From: an uncultured Chloroflexia bacterium
GTDB taxonomy: Bacteria > Chloroflexota > Limnocylindria > Limnocylindrales > CSP1-4
Length of the DNA: 64,000 nt
Direction: 5' to 3'
Assembly (NCBI GenBank): GCA_963813335.1
Contig: CAWEYL010000006.1
Location: forward strand, 90,185-154,184
Positions 39,601-48,972 of this stretch are shown here, one piece after another. The translations under genes and the position numbers were made by a program. The notes below the pieces were generated by a model that was not told the DNA's origin, did not search any database, and saw nothing but the letters and a program-made list of their open reading frames with translations. Each line of letters begins with the position of its first letter. Within the stretch, counting starts at the first letter, position 1.

Positions 39601-39669
39601 GCCGCCGAACCCGCTCCCCGTTCGGGACCGACCTCGTTCGAATCAGACTGGAGCACGAAGGAGCACCCG

Positions 39670-40251
39670 ATGTCGCAGGTCCTCGAATCCGTCCTCGCCG
39701 CCAACGCCGCCTATGCCGAGGCGTTCGGCTCCAGGTCCGAGCTCGCGCTGCCGCCCGCGCGCGGCTTCGCCGTCCTCACCTGCATGGACGCGCGCCTCGA
39801 TCCGGCCAAGTACGCCGGCCTTGCCGAGGGCGATGCGCACGTCATCCGCAACGCCGGCGGGCGCGCCAGCGACGACGCCGTCCGCTCACTGGTGATCTCG
39901 TACAAGCTCCTCGGCACGTCCGAGTGGTTCGTCATCCACCACACCGACTGCGGGATGGAGTTCTTCACGAACGATGTGATCCGCGGCCTGCTCGCCAACT
40001 CCCTCGAGACGGCGGCCCTGGGGCCTGACGGCTTCTACGACGTCGGGAAGGGTCCGGGCTCGACCGCAGCCGATGACATCGACTGGCTGACGATCGCCGA
40101 CCAGACGGGCAGCGTCACCGACGACGTGCGGCGGATCCGGTCGCACCCGCTCGTGCCCGCCGGGATCCCGATCTACGGCTTCGTCTACGACGTCCGCTCG
40201 GGGCGCCTCATCGAGGTCCCCGACGCGACGGAGGCCGGGAGGGCGTCCTAG
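39670..40251 (+). CDS. Beta-class carbonic anhydrase (clade D / COS-hydrolase-like)
   Basis: [28 protein letters not shown]; AAGGAG RBS. Confidence 0.9.
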   Translation: MSQVLESVLAANAAYAEAFGSRSELALPPARGFAVLTCMDARLDPAKYAGLAEGDAHVIRNAGGRASDDAVRSLVISYKLLGTSEWFVIHHTDCGMEFFTNDVIRGLLANSLETAALGPDGFYDVGKGPGSTAADDIDWLTIADQTGSVTDDVRRIRSHPLVPAGIPIYGFVYDVRSGRLIEVPDATEAGRAS

Positions 40252-40380
40252 CCGCCCTCTCTGGGCGACGCCGCCGGCGGTCCATCAACCGAAACGGTTG
40301 ACCCGCCAGCCGACTCCCCGTGTCACTGAGCGGATCGGGCCAGCCACCCTCCGGGAGGACGGCTGGCCCGACACGGTCGG

Positions 40381-41226
40381 TCAGAGCTGGACGACGATGG
40401 TCACGTCGTCGTTGGAGTTGCCCGAGCTGACGCCGGTGCCTCGAGGGCTCAGCTGGCGGCCCGGGAGCAAGTACAGGTCCGAGACCGTGAAGCTCAGCGC
40501 CCCGAGCTTCGCGCCCAGCTTGGTGGTCAAGGTGCTGGCTCCCGCCTGGACCTTGGGACGCAGCCGGTCCTCGATCCCGCCGGTCTTGATGCCGCCCTCG
40601 ATCCAGTACTCCCACCGCGCGCAGTAGCCGCGGACGTGGTGGGCGCCATCGAGGTACAGGCGGACGTGGTACTGGATCCAGGCCGAGTAGTCCGGCCACC
40701 AGTCGATGTTGATGTTCAGGTTCTGGCGGATCTTCAGGTAGGTGAGATTCGGGTCGAGGTAGCTCACGCTCCGCGGGAACACCTCCCAGGTCATGGTCGG
40801 ATCGCCGACGCGGCTGGCGTCGCTGCCGAGTTGCGCGTCGATCGTGGTCTTCCACTCGTTCAGGAACTGGTCGCGGAAACTAAGCCGGAACTCGGCGCCG
40901 CGACCCGAGGCGATCATCAGCAGGCTGCCCGCGCGGTCGTTGAAGTTCTGGGCGGTCATGTTGGTGACCAAGCTGGAGCCGAGATGGGCGTTGGTCATCT
41001 GACGGAAGTCGCCGTCGAACCGGCCGCCATCGAAGAGCACGAGGTTGTTCACCGCGTCGCTCGAGGAGAACACCTCGGTCGAGCTGATCAGGTCGCGGAG
41101 CGAGATATCGTCGAGGTCGACGTCGTCGGCCTTGCTGTAGCGGGCGCTGCGAGGCACCCCGTAGAGCCGGGATCGCCCGCCCTTGTTGATGTGCTCGAAG
41201 ACGAGCGCCAGGGTGCTGACACTCAT
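40381..41226 (-). CDS. Hypothetical protein with N-terminal beta/gamma-crystallin-like domain
   Basis: VFEHINKGG...DLISS...VLFDGGRFDG...NFNDRAGSLLM; GGGAG RBS. Confidence 0.6.
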   Translation of the reverse strand: MSVSTLALVFEHINKGGRSRLYGVPRSARYSKADDVDLDDISLRDLISSTEVFSSSDAVNNLVLFDGGRFDGDFRQMTNAHLGSSLVTNMTAQNFNDRAGSLLMIASGRGAEFRLSFRDQFLNEWKTTIDAQLGSDASRVGDPTMTWEVFPRSVSYLDPNLTYLKIRQNLNINIDWWPDYSAWIQYHVRLYLDGAHHVRGYCARWEYWIEGGIKTGGIEDRLRPKVQAGASTLTTKLGAKLGALSFTVSDLYLLPGRQLSPRGTGVSSGNSNDDVTIVVQL

Positions 41227-41642
41227 CGGGCTTCTCCCTTCTCATTGCCCGTCAGCGCGTCGACGGCAGCCTGGTCGAGCGACCCGGCGATGTGGCCAGC
41301 ACCTCGCGACGTCCGGGCCACCTCATTGATGAGGTCCAGGGCGAGCGCCTGATTCGCGGCCGATGGCGCGCGGCGGGTGCGCTTCTTGAGGGTCTCGACG
41401 AACTCGGCCATCGGCGCCCTGCGCTCGATGTGCGCGAGGACCCAGCGCGGCGCGGCCTTCGGACGCCGCACGTACAGCTGGGCGCGAGCTCGCGCGAGGT
41501 CCGCCTTGACGTTGTCGGGCTCCGCAACCCGGCCACTGGCCGTGCCGGAGCCGCCGAAGCGCCGCAGCTCCGCTGCCGTGAGCGCCTTGCGGACGCCCAC
41601 CTCCTCATAGGGATACCGGATCGGTGTCTCGTCGCGAGCCAT
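41223..41642 (-). CDS. Hypothetical protein
   Basis: ATG with GGAGG upstream; 4-bp overlap with the downstream gene. Confidence 0.6.
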   Translation of the reverse strand: MARDETPIRYPYEEVGVRKALTAAELRRFGGSGTASGRVAEPDNVKADLARARAQLYVRRPKAAPRWVLAHIERRAPMAEFVETLKKRTRRAPSAANQALALDLINEVARTSRGAGHIAGSLDQAAVDALTGNEKGEAR

Positions 41643-41800
41643 CGCGCCCTCCGAGCCTGGCCGGCGCGGTCGACTGGTCGTCTCCCCCTGCGGACCACGC
41701 GATCGGTGGCGGCCGCGTCAGTCCGGGGAATCAACCATCGCGACGTCACTGGTCCGTCTCGCGCGCGTCTCGCCGGTGTCTCGTCCTGGGCGAAGGGACG

Positions 41801-41833
41801 CATCCACCGTTCGGTTGACCCGGTCATCCACCG
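41801..41833 (+). promoter_or_regulatory. Probable NarL-type response-regulator site (CATCCACCG x2) before the ABC/TCS operon
   Basis: catccaccg at 41801 and 41825, with internal inverted element accg-tt-cggt. Confidence 0.5.
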
Positions 41834-41899
41834 ACCACGCCGCGAGATCCGGCCGGCCCGCCGATGCCGTCCGCCTGGTCCGTGCCCGATGCTGCGGCC

Positions 41900-42826
41900 A
41901 TGAACGTCATCGAAGTCTCCGACCTGACCAAGCGATACGGCGACCGCGCGGCGGTCGACGGCGTGTCCTTCTCCGTCGAAGAGGGCGAGATCTTCGGCAT
42001 CGTCGGACCGAACGGTGCCGGCAAGACGACCACCGTCGAATCGATCGTCGGCCTGCGCACCCCCGATGCCGGCACCATCCGCGTGCTCGGCCTCGACCCC
42101 CGCCACGACCGCCAGCGCCTCCGCGCCCTGGTCGGCGTCCAGCTCCAGGAGAGCGAGCTGCCGGACCGCATGACCGTCGGCGAGGCGCTCGAGCTGTTCG
42201 CCTCGTTCTACGACGACCCGGCCGAACCGCGCACGCTGATGGACGACCTGGGCATCGGCGAGAAGCGCGACACCGCCTATCGCCATCTGTCGGGCGGCCA
42301 GAAGCAGCGGCTGTCGATCGCCCTCGCGCTGGTCGGCCAGCCGCGGATCGCGATCCTCGACGAGCTGTCGACCGGACTGGACCCGCAGGCGCGCCGCGAC
42401 ACGTGGGACCTCATCGAGTCCATCCGCGCGCGCGGCGTCACCGTCCTCCTGGTCACGCACCTGATGGAGGAGGCGGAGCGGCTCGCCGATCGCGTCGCGG
42501 TCATCCGCGACGGCCGGTTGATCGCGCTCGACACCCCCGCCGGCGTCGTCGCGATGGTCGACCCGGAGCAGCGGCTCCGCTTCCGGCCGTCGACGCCGAT
42601 CGAGGACCGGCTGCTCACCGACCTGCCCGAAGTCCGGAGCGTCCAGCGAGCCGGGCCGACGCTGGTGGTCACCGGGACCGGCAATCTCATCGGGGCCGTC
42701 ACGGCCCTCCTGGCCCGCCACGAGGTCATCGCCAACGACCTGCGCATCGAACAGGCAAGTCTCGATGAGGCCTACCTCGCCCTCACCGGAAATCGGTCCG
42801 CCCGGTTCGCAAAGGAGCTGTCATGA
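41900..42826 (+). CDS. ABC exporter ATP-binding subunit
   Basis: GPNGAGKTT, LSGGQKQRL, ILDELSTGLDP. Confidence 0.93.
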   Translation: MNVIEVSDLTKRYGDRAAVDGVSFSVEEGEIFGIVGPNGAGKTTTVESIVGLRTPDAGTIRVLGLDPRHDRQRLRALVGVQLQESELPDRMTVGEALELFASFYDDPAEPRTLMDDLGIGEKRDTAYRHLSGGQKQRLSIALALVGQPRIAILDELSTGLDPQARRDTWDLIESIRARGVTVLLVTHLMEEAERLADRVAVIRDGRLIALDTPAGVVAMVDPEQRLRFRPSTPIEDRLLTDLPEVRSVQRAGPTLVVTGTGNLIGAVTALLARHEVIANDLRIEQASLDEAYLALTGNRSARFAKELS

Positions 42827-43554
42827 AGGAGATGCGCACGCTGGTCGCCATCGAGGCGAAGCTGCTCGTCCGCGATCCCATCACCTGGCTGGCGGCCATC
42901 GCCCTGCCGTCGGTCGTCCTGCTGATCTTCGGGTCGCTCTTCTCGCCGGTGCCGGACCCGGCCCTCGGCGGCCAGCGCTGGATCGACCTGTTCGTGCCCT
43001 CCCTGCTGGTCATCACCCTCGGCACGCTGGGCATCCAGACGCTGCCCATCCGCCTCGCCACCTACCGCGAGAAGGGGGTCCTGCGCCGGCTGTCCACGAC
43101 GCCGGCGCACCCGGCCCGTCTGCTCGCCGCGCAACTCGTCATCTACGGCGTGACCTCGGTCATCGCCCTCGTCCTGCTGATCGTCGTCGGGTACGTGGCC
43201 TTCGCCATCCCGCTGCCCCGCCAGCCCCTCGTCTACCTGGTCGCGTTCCTGCTCGGCATGACCTCGCTCTTCGCGATCGGGCTCCTCGTCGCTGCCGTCG
43301 CGCCCTCGAACCGGGCCGCCACGGCGATCGCCATCCCGATGTTCTTCGTCGTGATGTTCCTGGGCGGGGTGTACCTCCCGCGGGTGATGCTCCCCGAGGT
43401 CCTCCAGCGGATCGGCGACTTCACGCCCCCCGGCGTGCAGGGCCTCCAGGATGCCTGGCTGGGGACGGCGCCGCAGCTGGGACCGCTCCTCGGCATGGCG
43501 GTCGTCACGGTCGCGCTCGGCGCGCTCGCGGTGCGGGCGTTCCGATGGGAATGA
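42823..43554 (+). CDS. ABC-2 permease
   Basis: YREKGVLRRL; 6 TM; ends AFRWE. Confidence 0.9.
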   Translation: MKEMRTLVAIEAKLLVRDPITWLAAIALPSVVLLIFGSLFSPVPDPALGGQRWIDLFVPSLLVITLGTLGIQTLPIRLATYREKGVLRRLSTTPAHPARLLAAQLVIYGVTSVIALVLLIVVGYVAFAIPLPRQPLVYLVAFLLGMTSLFAIGLLVAAVAPSNRAATAIAIPMFFVVMFLGGVYLPRVMLPEVLQRIGDFTPPGVQGLQDAWLGTAPQLGPLLGMAVVTVALGALAVRAFRWE

Positions 43555-43609
43555 CCGGCTCGTCACGCAACCCCGTCCCGGCGGCCCTGCCGTGGAGTAG
43601 CGTTCCGGC

Positions 43610-44854
43610 ATGAGCGAGTCGCTGAAACCGCCGTGGGAACGCTTCGGCGACACGCTGGTCGGGCGCTGCGGCTATGTGCTGCTCGCGCTGGCGACGGTCC
43701 TCGCCCTTCTCGAGGGGCCGACGGACGCGACCTCCCGGCTGACCACCCTCGCGATCGCGGGGGTGACTCTCGCCTGGATCTATGTCGTCTTCACGCGGAT
43801 GCCGGAGCCGCGGCGGGACGACCACCTGCGGATGGGCGTGTTCTTCGTGGGGATCCTGGTCCTCGCCTCGATCCTGATGCTGCGTCAGCCGGTCTTCTTC
43901 ATCTTCATGATCAGCGGCTTCTTCTACGCCTCATACCTTCGACCGCTCCCCCTCGCGGTCGTCGGGGTGGGCGCGACCTCGGTCCTCGTGAACAGCCTCA
44001 TCGCGGGCCTGCCGAAGACCTCCGAGGCGTGGACCTTCTACCTCGTGATCATCGGCGTCCAGACGGTCGTCATCGGCGCCGGCGTCTTCGTCGGCGAGAA
44101 GATCACGGAGCAGAACGAGGAGCGTCGCCAGGCGCTTGCGAGGCTCGAGGCGGCCACGATCGAGAATGCCGGCCTCCATGCGCAACTGCTGACCCAGGCG
44201 CGTGAGGCGGGCGTGCTCGACGAGCGGCAGCGCATGGCGCGCGAGATCCACGACACCATCGCCCAGGGCCTGATCGGCATCGTCACCCAGCTCGAGGCGG
44301 CCGACCAGGCGCGCCAACGGCCGGCCGACCGGGACCGGCACCTGGAGAACGCCGAGCGGCTGGCCCGCGAGAGCCTCACCGAGGCACGCCGCTCCGTCGA
44401 GGCGTCGATGCCCGCGGCGCTCGAGTCCGGGACGCTGTCCGATGCCCTGGCCGACGTCGCCCGCGACTGGTCCGAGCTCCACGCCATCCCGGTGGAGGTC
44501 GCGGTCACCGGCGACCTCATCGCCCTGCATCCCGAGATCGACGTGGCGCTCCTGCGCATCGCCCAGGAGGCTCTCGCCAACGTCGCCCGCCACGCCGGTG
44601 CGGCGCACGCATGGTTGACCCTGTCGTACATGGGCGACGTCGTGACACTGGACGTCCGCGACGACGGGGTGGGCTTCCGCATCGACGAACCGGGGTCCGG
44701 GGACGGGTCCGGCTACGGGCTGACCGGGATGCGCCAGCGGGTGGCGCGCGTCGCCGGCTCGCTGGCGATCGAGTCGGAGCCTGGCGGCGGGACCGCGGTC
44801 TCGGCTCGCGTCCCGGCGATCGTGGCAGGGTCGTCAGCGGTCGCCGCCCCGTGA
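43610..44854 (+). CDS. HisKA_3 (DesK/NarX-type) sensor kinase
   Basis: ERQRMAREIHDTIAQGL, QEALANVARHA, DDGVGF, GYGLTGMRQR. Confidence 0.93.
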   Translation: MSESLKPPWERFGDTLVGRCGYVLLALATVLALLEGPTDATSRLTTLAIAGVTLAWIYVVFTRMPEPRRDDHLRMGVFFVGILVLASILMLRQPVFFIFMISGFFYASYLRPLPLAVVGVGATSVLVNSLIAGLPKTSEAWTFYLVIIGVQTVVIGAGVFVGEKITEQNEERRQALARLEAATIENAGLHAQLLTQAREAGVLDERQRMAREIHDTIAQGLIGIVTQLEAADQARQRPADRDRHLENAERLARESLTEARRSVEASMPAALESGTLSDALADVARDWSELHAIPVEVAVTGDLIALHPEIDVALLRIAQEALANVARHAGAAHAWLTLSYMGDVVTLDVRDDGVGFRIDEPGSGDGSGYGLTGMRQRVARVAGSLAIESEPGGGTAVSARVPAIVAGSSAVAAP

Positions 44855-45489
44855 GCCCCATCCGGCTCCTGATCGTGGATGACCATCCGGTGGTCCGCGA
44901 CGGCCTGCGCGGGATGCTCGCGGGCGACCCGGACTTCGAGGTCGTGGGCGAGGCGGCGGACGGCGCCGAGGCGCTGGCCCTCGTCGGGTCGCTGCGGCCG
45001 GACGTGGTCCTGATGGACTTGCGGATGCCAGGCATGGGCGGCGCGGCCGCCATCCGGCAGCTCGCCGAGCAGGGCGCCGGGGCCCGCGTGCTCGTGCTCA
45101 CGACCTACGACTCCGACAGCGACGTGGTGCCGGCGCTCGAAGCCGGCGCGACCGGCTACCTCCTGAAGGACGCCCCTCGCGAGCAGCTCGTCCGCGCGAT
45201 CCGGGCCGCCGCGCGCGACGAAGCCGTCCTCGCGCCATCGGTGGCCACGCGGCTGGTCAGCCAGCTCCGCGCGCCCGCACAGGACGCGCTCAGCGAGCGG
45301 GAGCTGGAGGTCCTCACGCTGATCTCCCAGGGCGAGACGAACCGTGGCGCCGCGGCCCGCCTGTTCATCTCCGAGGCGACGGTCAAGACCCACCTCCTGC
45401 ACATCTACGCCAAGCTCGACGTCAACGACCGCGCGGCGGCCGTCGCGGCCGGCTACGAGCGCGGCCTGCTCGTCCCGCACCGGACCTAG
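44851..45489 (+). CDS. NarL/LuxR-family response regulator
   Basis: IVDDHPVVR, DLRMP, GYLLKD, LSERELEVL, ATVKTHL. Confidence 0.94.
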   Translation: MSPIRLLIVDDHPVVRDGLRGMLAGDPDFEVVGEAADGAEALALVGSLRPDVVLMDLRMPGMGGAAAIRQLAEQGAGARVLVLTTYDSDSDVVPALEAGATGYLLKDAPREQLVRAIRAAARDEAVLAPSVATRLVSQLRAPAQDALSERELEVLTLISQGETNRGAAARLFISEATVKTHLLHIYAKLDVNDRAAAVAAGYERGLLVPHRT

Positions 45490-45618
45490 CCCCTCGATCA
45501 GCGGGGTACGTTTGCCCCGGATAGCCCGACGAGTTCGATCCGAACGGCTCTGCCCACCGGCGGGCGGACTCCGGATACTCGCGCGGACACCTCTCTCCCG
45601 TGCCATGAGGGCAGCGCT

Positions 45619-46794
45619 ATGCGATACCTCCGGAACCTTGCCCGGCGTCCGGTCCGAACGACGTTGACGATCCTCGGGATCACGATCGGGATCTGGGCGC
45701 TGGTCGTCTTCGGCTCGATGGCCAACAAGATCAACGCCCTCGTCGAAGGCGGCTCCACCTACTACGCGGACAAGCTCACGCTCAGCGACGCCTCGGGCTC
45801 GATGGGCGGCTTCTCGTCGGCGCCCATGTCGCTGCGGACCGCGGATCTGGTCCGCGCCGTCGACGGCGTCGACGTCGTGGTGCCGGCAGTCATGATGCTG
45901 ATGGACGACCAGGCCCCGACCGTCACGATGGGCGTGCCGCCCATGATCACGGGCGCGGTGGCCGATTCCGACCAGGGTCGCGAGACGTTCCCGATCTCGT
46001 ATGCGCAAGGCCGCGCGCTGACGGCGCAGGACGAGGGGCGACTGGTCACGGTCCTCGGGTCGGACATCGCGCGAAAGTACGACATGCAGGTCGGCGACAC
46101 GATCGTCCTCCACGGGGTGACCTTCGACGTCGTCGGGATCATGCAGCCGACGCTGACCGCACCCGACCAGGCCGCATCGGTCCCGCTCCAGGCGGCGCAG
46201 CAGCTGTTCATCAAGTCGATGCCGCCGATGGTCCAACAGGGACTCCAGGCGTCGGATCTCGTCTCCGAGATGACCGTGTACCCGACGCCCGGCGTCGACC
46301 CCGAGGTGCTGGCCGATCGCATCGAGGCCCAGGTGCCGAACGTCGCCGCGATGACCGCGAAGGACTTCGACCAGCAGGTCGGCGCGGCCACGTCGATCCT
46401 GAACTCGATCCTCGTCGGCATCGCGCTGATCAGCCTCGCCGTGGGCGGCCTGTCGGTCGTCAACACCATGGCGATGTCGATCGCCGAGCGGACGCGCGAG
46501 ATCGGCATCAAGCGAGCCATCGGTGGCAGCCGATCCCGGATCGTTCGGGAACTCGTCGCCGAGTCGGCCCTGATGGGGTTCCTCGGCGGCTCGATCGGCC
46601 TGCTGCTCGGCGCCATCGTCGTCACCGTGGTGAACGAGGCCAGTCGCGCGACGGGCACGGTGCTCTTCGAACTGACGCCCGGTACGGCGCTGACGGCGAT
46701 CGTCTTCGCCACGGTCCTCGGAGCGCTCGCCGGCTTCTTCCCGGCCGTCCACGCGGCCCGGCTCGATCCGGTCACCGCCCTCCGCTACGAATGA
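45619..46794 (+). CDS. FtsX/MacB-family ABC permease
   Basis: RTTLTILGITIG, ERTREIGIKRAIG, AARLDPVTALRYE. Confidence 0.92.
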   Translation: MRYLRNLARRPVRTTLTILGITIGIWALVVFGSMANKINALVEGGSTYYADKLTLSDASGSMGGFSSAPMSLRTADLVRAVDGVDVVVPAVMMLMDDQAPTVTMGVPPMITGAVADSDQGRETFPISYAQGRALTAQDEGRLVTVLGSDIARKYDMQVGDTIVLHGVTFDVVGIMQPTLTAPDQAASVPLQAAQQLFIKSMPPMVQQGLQASDLVSEMTVYPTPGVDPEVLADRIEAQVPNVAAMTAKDFDQQVGAATSILNSILVGIALISLAVGGLSVVNTMAMSIAERTREIGIKRAIGGSRSRIVRELVAESALMGFLGGSIGLLLGAIVVTVVNEASRATGTVLFELTPGTALTAIVFATVLGALAGFFPAVHAARLDPVTALRYE

Positions 46795-46823
46795 CACTGA
46801 CGGATCGCGAAGGAGAACGAACG

Positions 46824-47600
46824 ATGGCACTCCTCGAAGGCCGCAACCTCCGCAAGACCTATCGCCTCGGTCGGCACAACGTGGTGCCGGCCCTCCGCGG
46901 CGTGGACATCTCGATCGAGCAAGGCGAGATGGTGGCGATCATGGGCCCGTCAGGCTCGGGCAAGAGCACCCTGATGCACATCCTCGGCCTGCTCCACGGG
47001 CCTGACCTGGACGACGGCCCGCAGCCCGACCTCAGCTTCGACGGTCGCGACATGGTCGACGTCGGCGAGGGCGAGCGGACGCGGATCCGCGCCCGCCAGA
47101 TGGGCTTCGTGTTCCAGGACTTCAACCTGATCCCGACGCTGACCGCGATCGAGAACGTCATGCTCGCCTGTGACTACGCGGGCGTGAGCGCGTCGGTCGC
47201 TCGACCGCTGGCGCTCGAGGCCCTCGACCTCGTCGGCCTGGCGGACCGGGCCGACCACCGTCCCGCGGAACTGTCGGGTGGCGAGCAGCAGCGCGTCGCG
47301 ATCGCCAGGGCGCTCGTGAACAAGCCCCCGCTGATCCTGGCGGACGAGCCCACGGGCAACCTCGACTCCGAGATGGCCGAAGAAGTCCTGGCCATCCTCC
47401 GCGAATCCAACCGGCGGACCGGTCAGACCCTGGTCGTCGTCACGCACGAGCCCGACGTCGCGGCCGCCTGCGACCGGATCATCCGCATGCGCGACGGGAA
47501 GGTCCGCGAGGAGGTCCAGACGCGGGAGACGGTGCCCGCGGCGCCGCCGGCCACTGAGCCGGCACCGGCGCCGGACCGGGAACCCGTCCTCGTCGGGTAG
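46824..47600 (+). CDS. LolD/MacB-family ABC ATP-binding subunit
   Basis: [33 protein letters not shown]. Confidence 0.93.
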   Translation: MALLEGRNLRKTYRLGRHNVVPALRGVDISIEQGEMVAIMGPSGSGKSTLMHILGLLHGPDLDDGPQPDLSFDGRDMVDVGEGERTRIRARQMGFVFQDFNLIPTLTAIENVMLACDYAGVSASVARPLALEALDLVGLADRADHRPAELSGGEQQRVAIARALVNKPPLILADEPTGNLDSEMAEEVLAILRESNRRTGQTLVVVTHEPDVAAACDRIIRMRDGKVREEVQTRETVPAAPPATEPAPAPDREPVLVG

Positions 47601-47639
47601 GCGCCGCGGCTCAGAGGGCAACGGCGTGGTCTATCGGTC

Positions 47640-47669
47640 TTGACGTATATAAGCTCGGACTTCTACGAT
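47640..47669 (+). promoter_or_regulatory. Promoter TTGACG-18-TACGAT for a probably leaderless ArsR gene
   Basis: -10 lies 5 nt before the GTG at 47675; AT-rich spacer tatataag..ctt may be the operator. Confidence 0.55.
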
Positions 47670-47674
47670 GGCCG

Positions 47675-48064
47675 GTGATGCTAGTCTTCGACGTCCTGGG
47701 CGACCCCGTTCGCCGGCGGATCCTCGAGCTGCTCGCTGACGGCGAGCGGTCGTCTGGCGCGATCACGGCGGTCGTCCAGGCGGAGTTCGGGATCTCGCAG
47801 CCCGCCGTGTCGCAGCACCTTCGCGTCTTGCGCGAGAGCGGGTTCGCGAACGTTCGACCGGAGGGCACACGCCGGCTGTACACGGTCCAGGCCGGGCCGT
47901 TCCGCGAAGTCGACGTCTGGATCGCCCACTTCCGGGGCTCCTGGGATCCGCGCCTCGACTCGCTCGCCACCGAGCTCGCGCGTGACAAGCGAGAACGACG
48001 CCTGAAGACCGAGAAGAAGCGCAAGAAGAAGGGGCGCAAGGCCGATGGTCGGCATCGCCCGTGA
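47675..48064 (+). CDS. ArsR/SmtB-family regulator
   Basis: LGDPVRRRILELL, ISQPAVSQHLRVLRE, EGTRRLY. Confidence 0.92.
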   Translation: MMLVFDVLGDPVRRRILELLADGERSSGAITAVVQAEFGISQPAVSQHLRVLRESGFANVRPEGTRRLYTVQAGPFREVDVWIAHFRGSWDPRLDSLATELARDKRERRLKTEKKRKKKGRKADGRHRP

Positions 48065-48092
48065 GATCGGGGCCGTCCGCCGCGAGATGTGA
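48045..48092 (+). pseudogene. 15-codon remnant of an SRPBCC gene
   Basis: MVGIAREIGAVRREM* overlaps the ArsR 3' end and resembles the start of SRPBCC partners of this ArsR type. Confidence 0.45.
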
Positions 48093-48106
48093 CGCCGGGT
48101 CGACGG

Positions 48107-48859
48107 TCAGTGCGGCGGCGGCGTCAGCCCGCAATCGGGCCTCGTGCAGAGCTCCAGCCCCAGCTGGGCAAGCCCCTCCGCCAGTGGCGTGAACCCCAGG
48201 TTGCCGCCAAGCGAGCGGCTGGCCACCCCGGCCGGGATGCCCCGGACCATCACGACCCCGCCCGAATCCCCTGTCGCGACCTGGATGCGAGCCGCGACCA
48301 TGCACGGGAAGTAGGCGCCGTCCTCGGGATGGAGGTACGCACCCTTCTCAGCCACCGTACCGGTCCGGTAGATGTTGCGGCCATCGATCTCGATCGGGTC
48401 GCCGATCCCGATGTCGGCACAGGCCAACGGCTTGGTATCGGGCGCTATGACCCGGTACCCGCCGGTCCCGAGGTCCACGACGTTCAGGTGCCCCCACGGG
48501 ATGCGGTCCGGGGCCACGACCAGGTAATTGATATCCGAGGACGCACACGTGTGATCTGGGTACGGGCACGTGCCGTCCCGGGCGGGCGGTCCGAAGACGC
48601 CCCGGACGGTGACCCCGTCGGGGTCGTACGCCGTAGTCCCCTCTCGCGTGCAGTGGCCCGTCGAGGTCAGGACGATCGTGTCCCCGTGGCGCGCATACAC
48701 CCCGCCCGAGCAGGCGCCCCACAGCTGCTGGCCGGCGAGCACCGGTGGGTCGTAGACCGGGGTGGTTCGCCGCGGCTGCATGGCCACCACGAGCGCCTGG
48801 ATCCCGACGGCCACGGCCAGTCCGACGACGATGGCGCCTGCGACGAGGGATCTGCGCAT
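48107..48859 (-). CDS. Secreted/membrane-anchored S1 (trypsin-fold) serine protease
   Basis: CSGG, TSTGHC, SDINYL, GDSGG; N-terminal hydrophobic segment. Confidence 0.75.
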   Translation of the reverse strand: MRRSLVAGAIVVGLAVAVGIQALVVAMQPRRTTPVYDPPVLAGQQLWGACSGGVYARHGDTIVLTSTGHCTREGTTAYDPDGVTVRGVFGPPARDGTCPYPDHTCASSDINYLVVAPDRIPWGHLNVVDLGTGGYRVIAPDTKPLACADIGIGDPIEIDGRNIYRTGTVAEKGAYLHPEDGAYFPCMVAARIQVATGDSGGVVMVRGIPAGVASRSLGGNLGFTPLAEGLAQLGLELCTRPDCGLTPPPH

Positions 48860-48972
48860 GCCCGATCATCACCACGGTCGGCGCGCGTCTGCGATGGCCC
48901 TGATGTCCCGATCGGTGCCAGGGCGCACCACGTGGAGCACGTCCCGACGTCACCGGCCCCGCTTCAGGCGGG

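Noticed and set aside
45502-45519. cggggtacgtttgccccg as a fourth copy of the LuxR-type motif
   Set aside because: GGGG-CCCC spacing is 8 rather than 6 and the flanks differ; more likely a small hairpin after the RR gene
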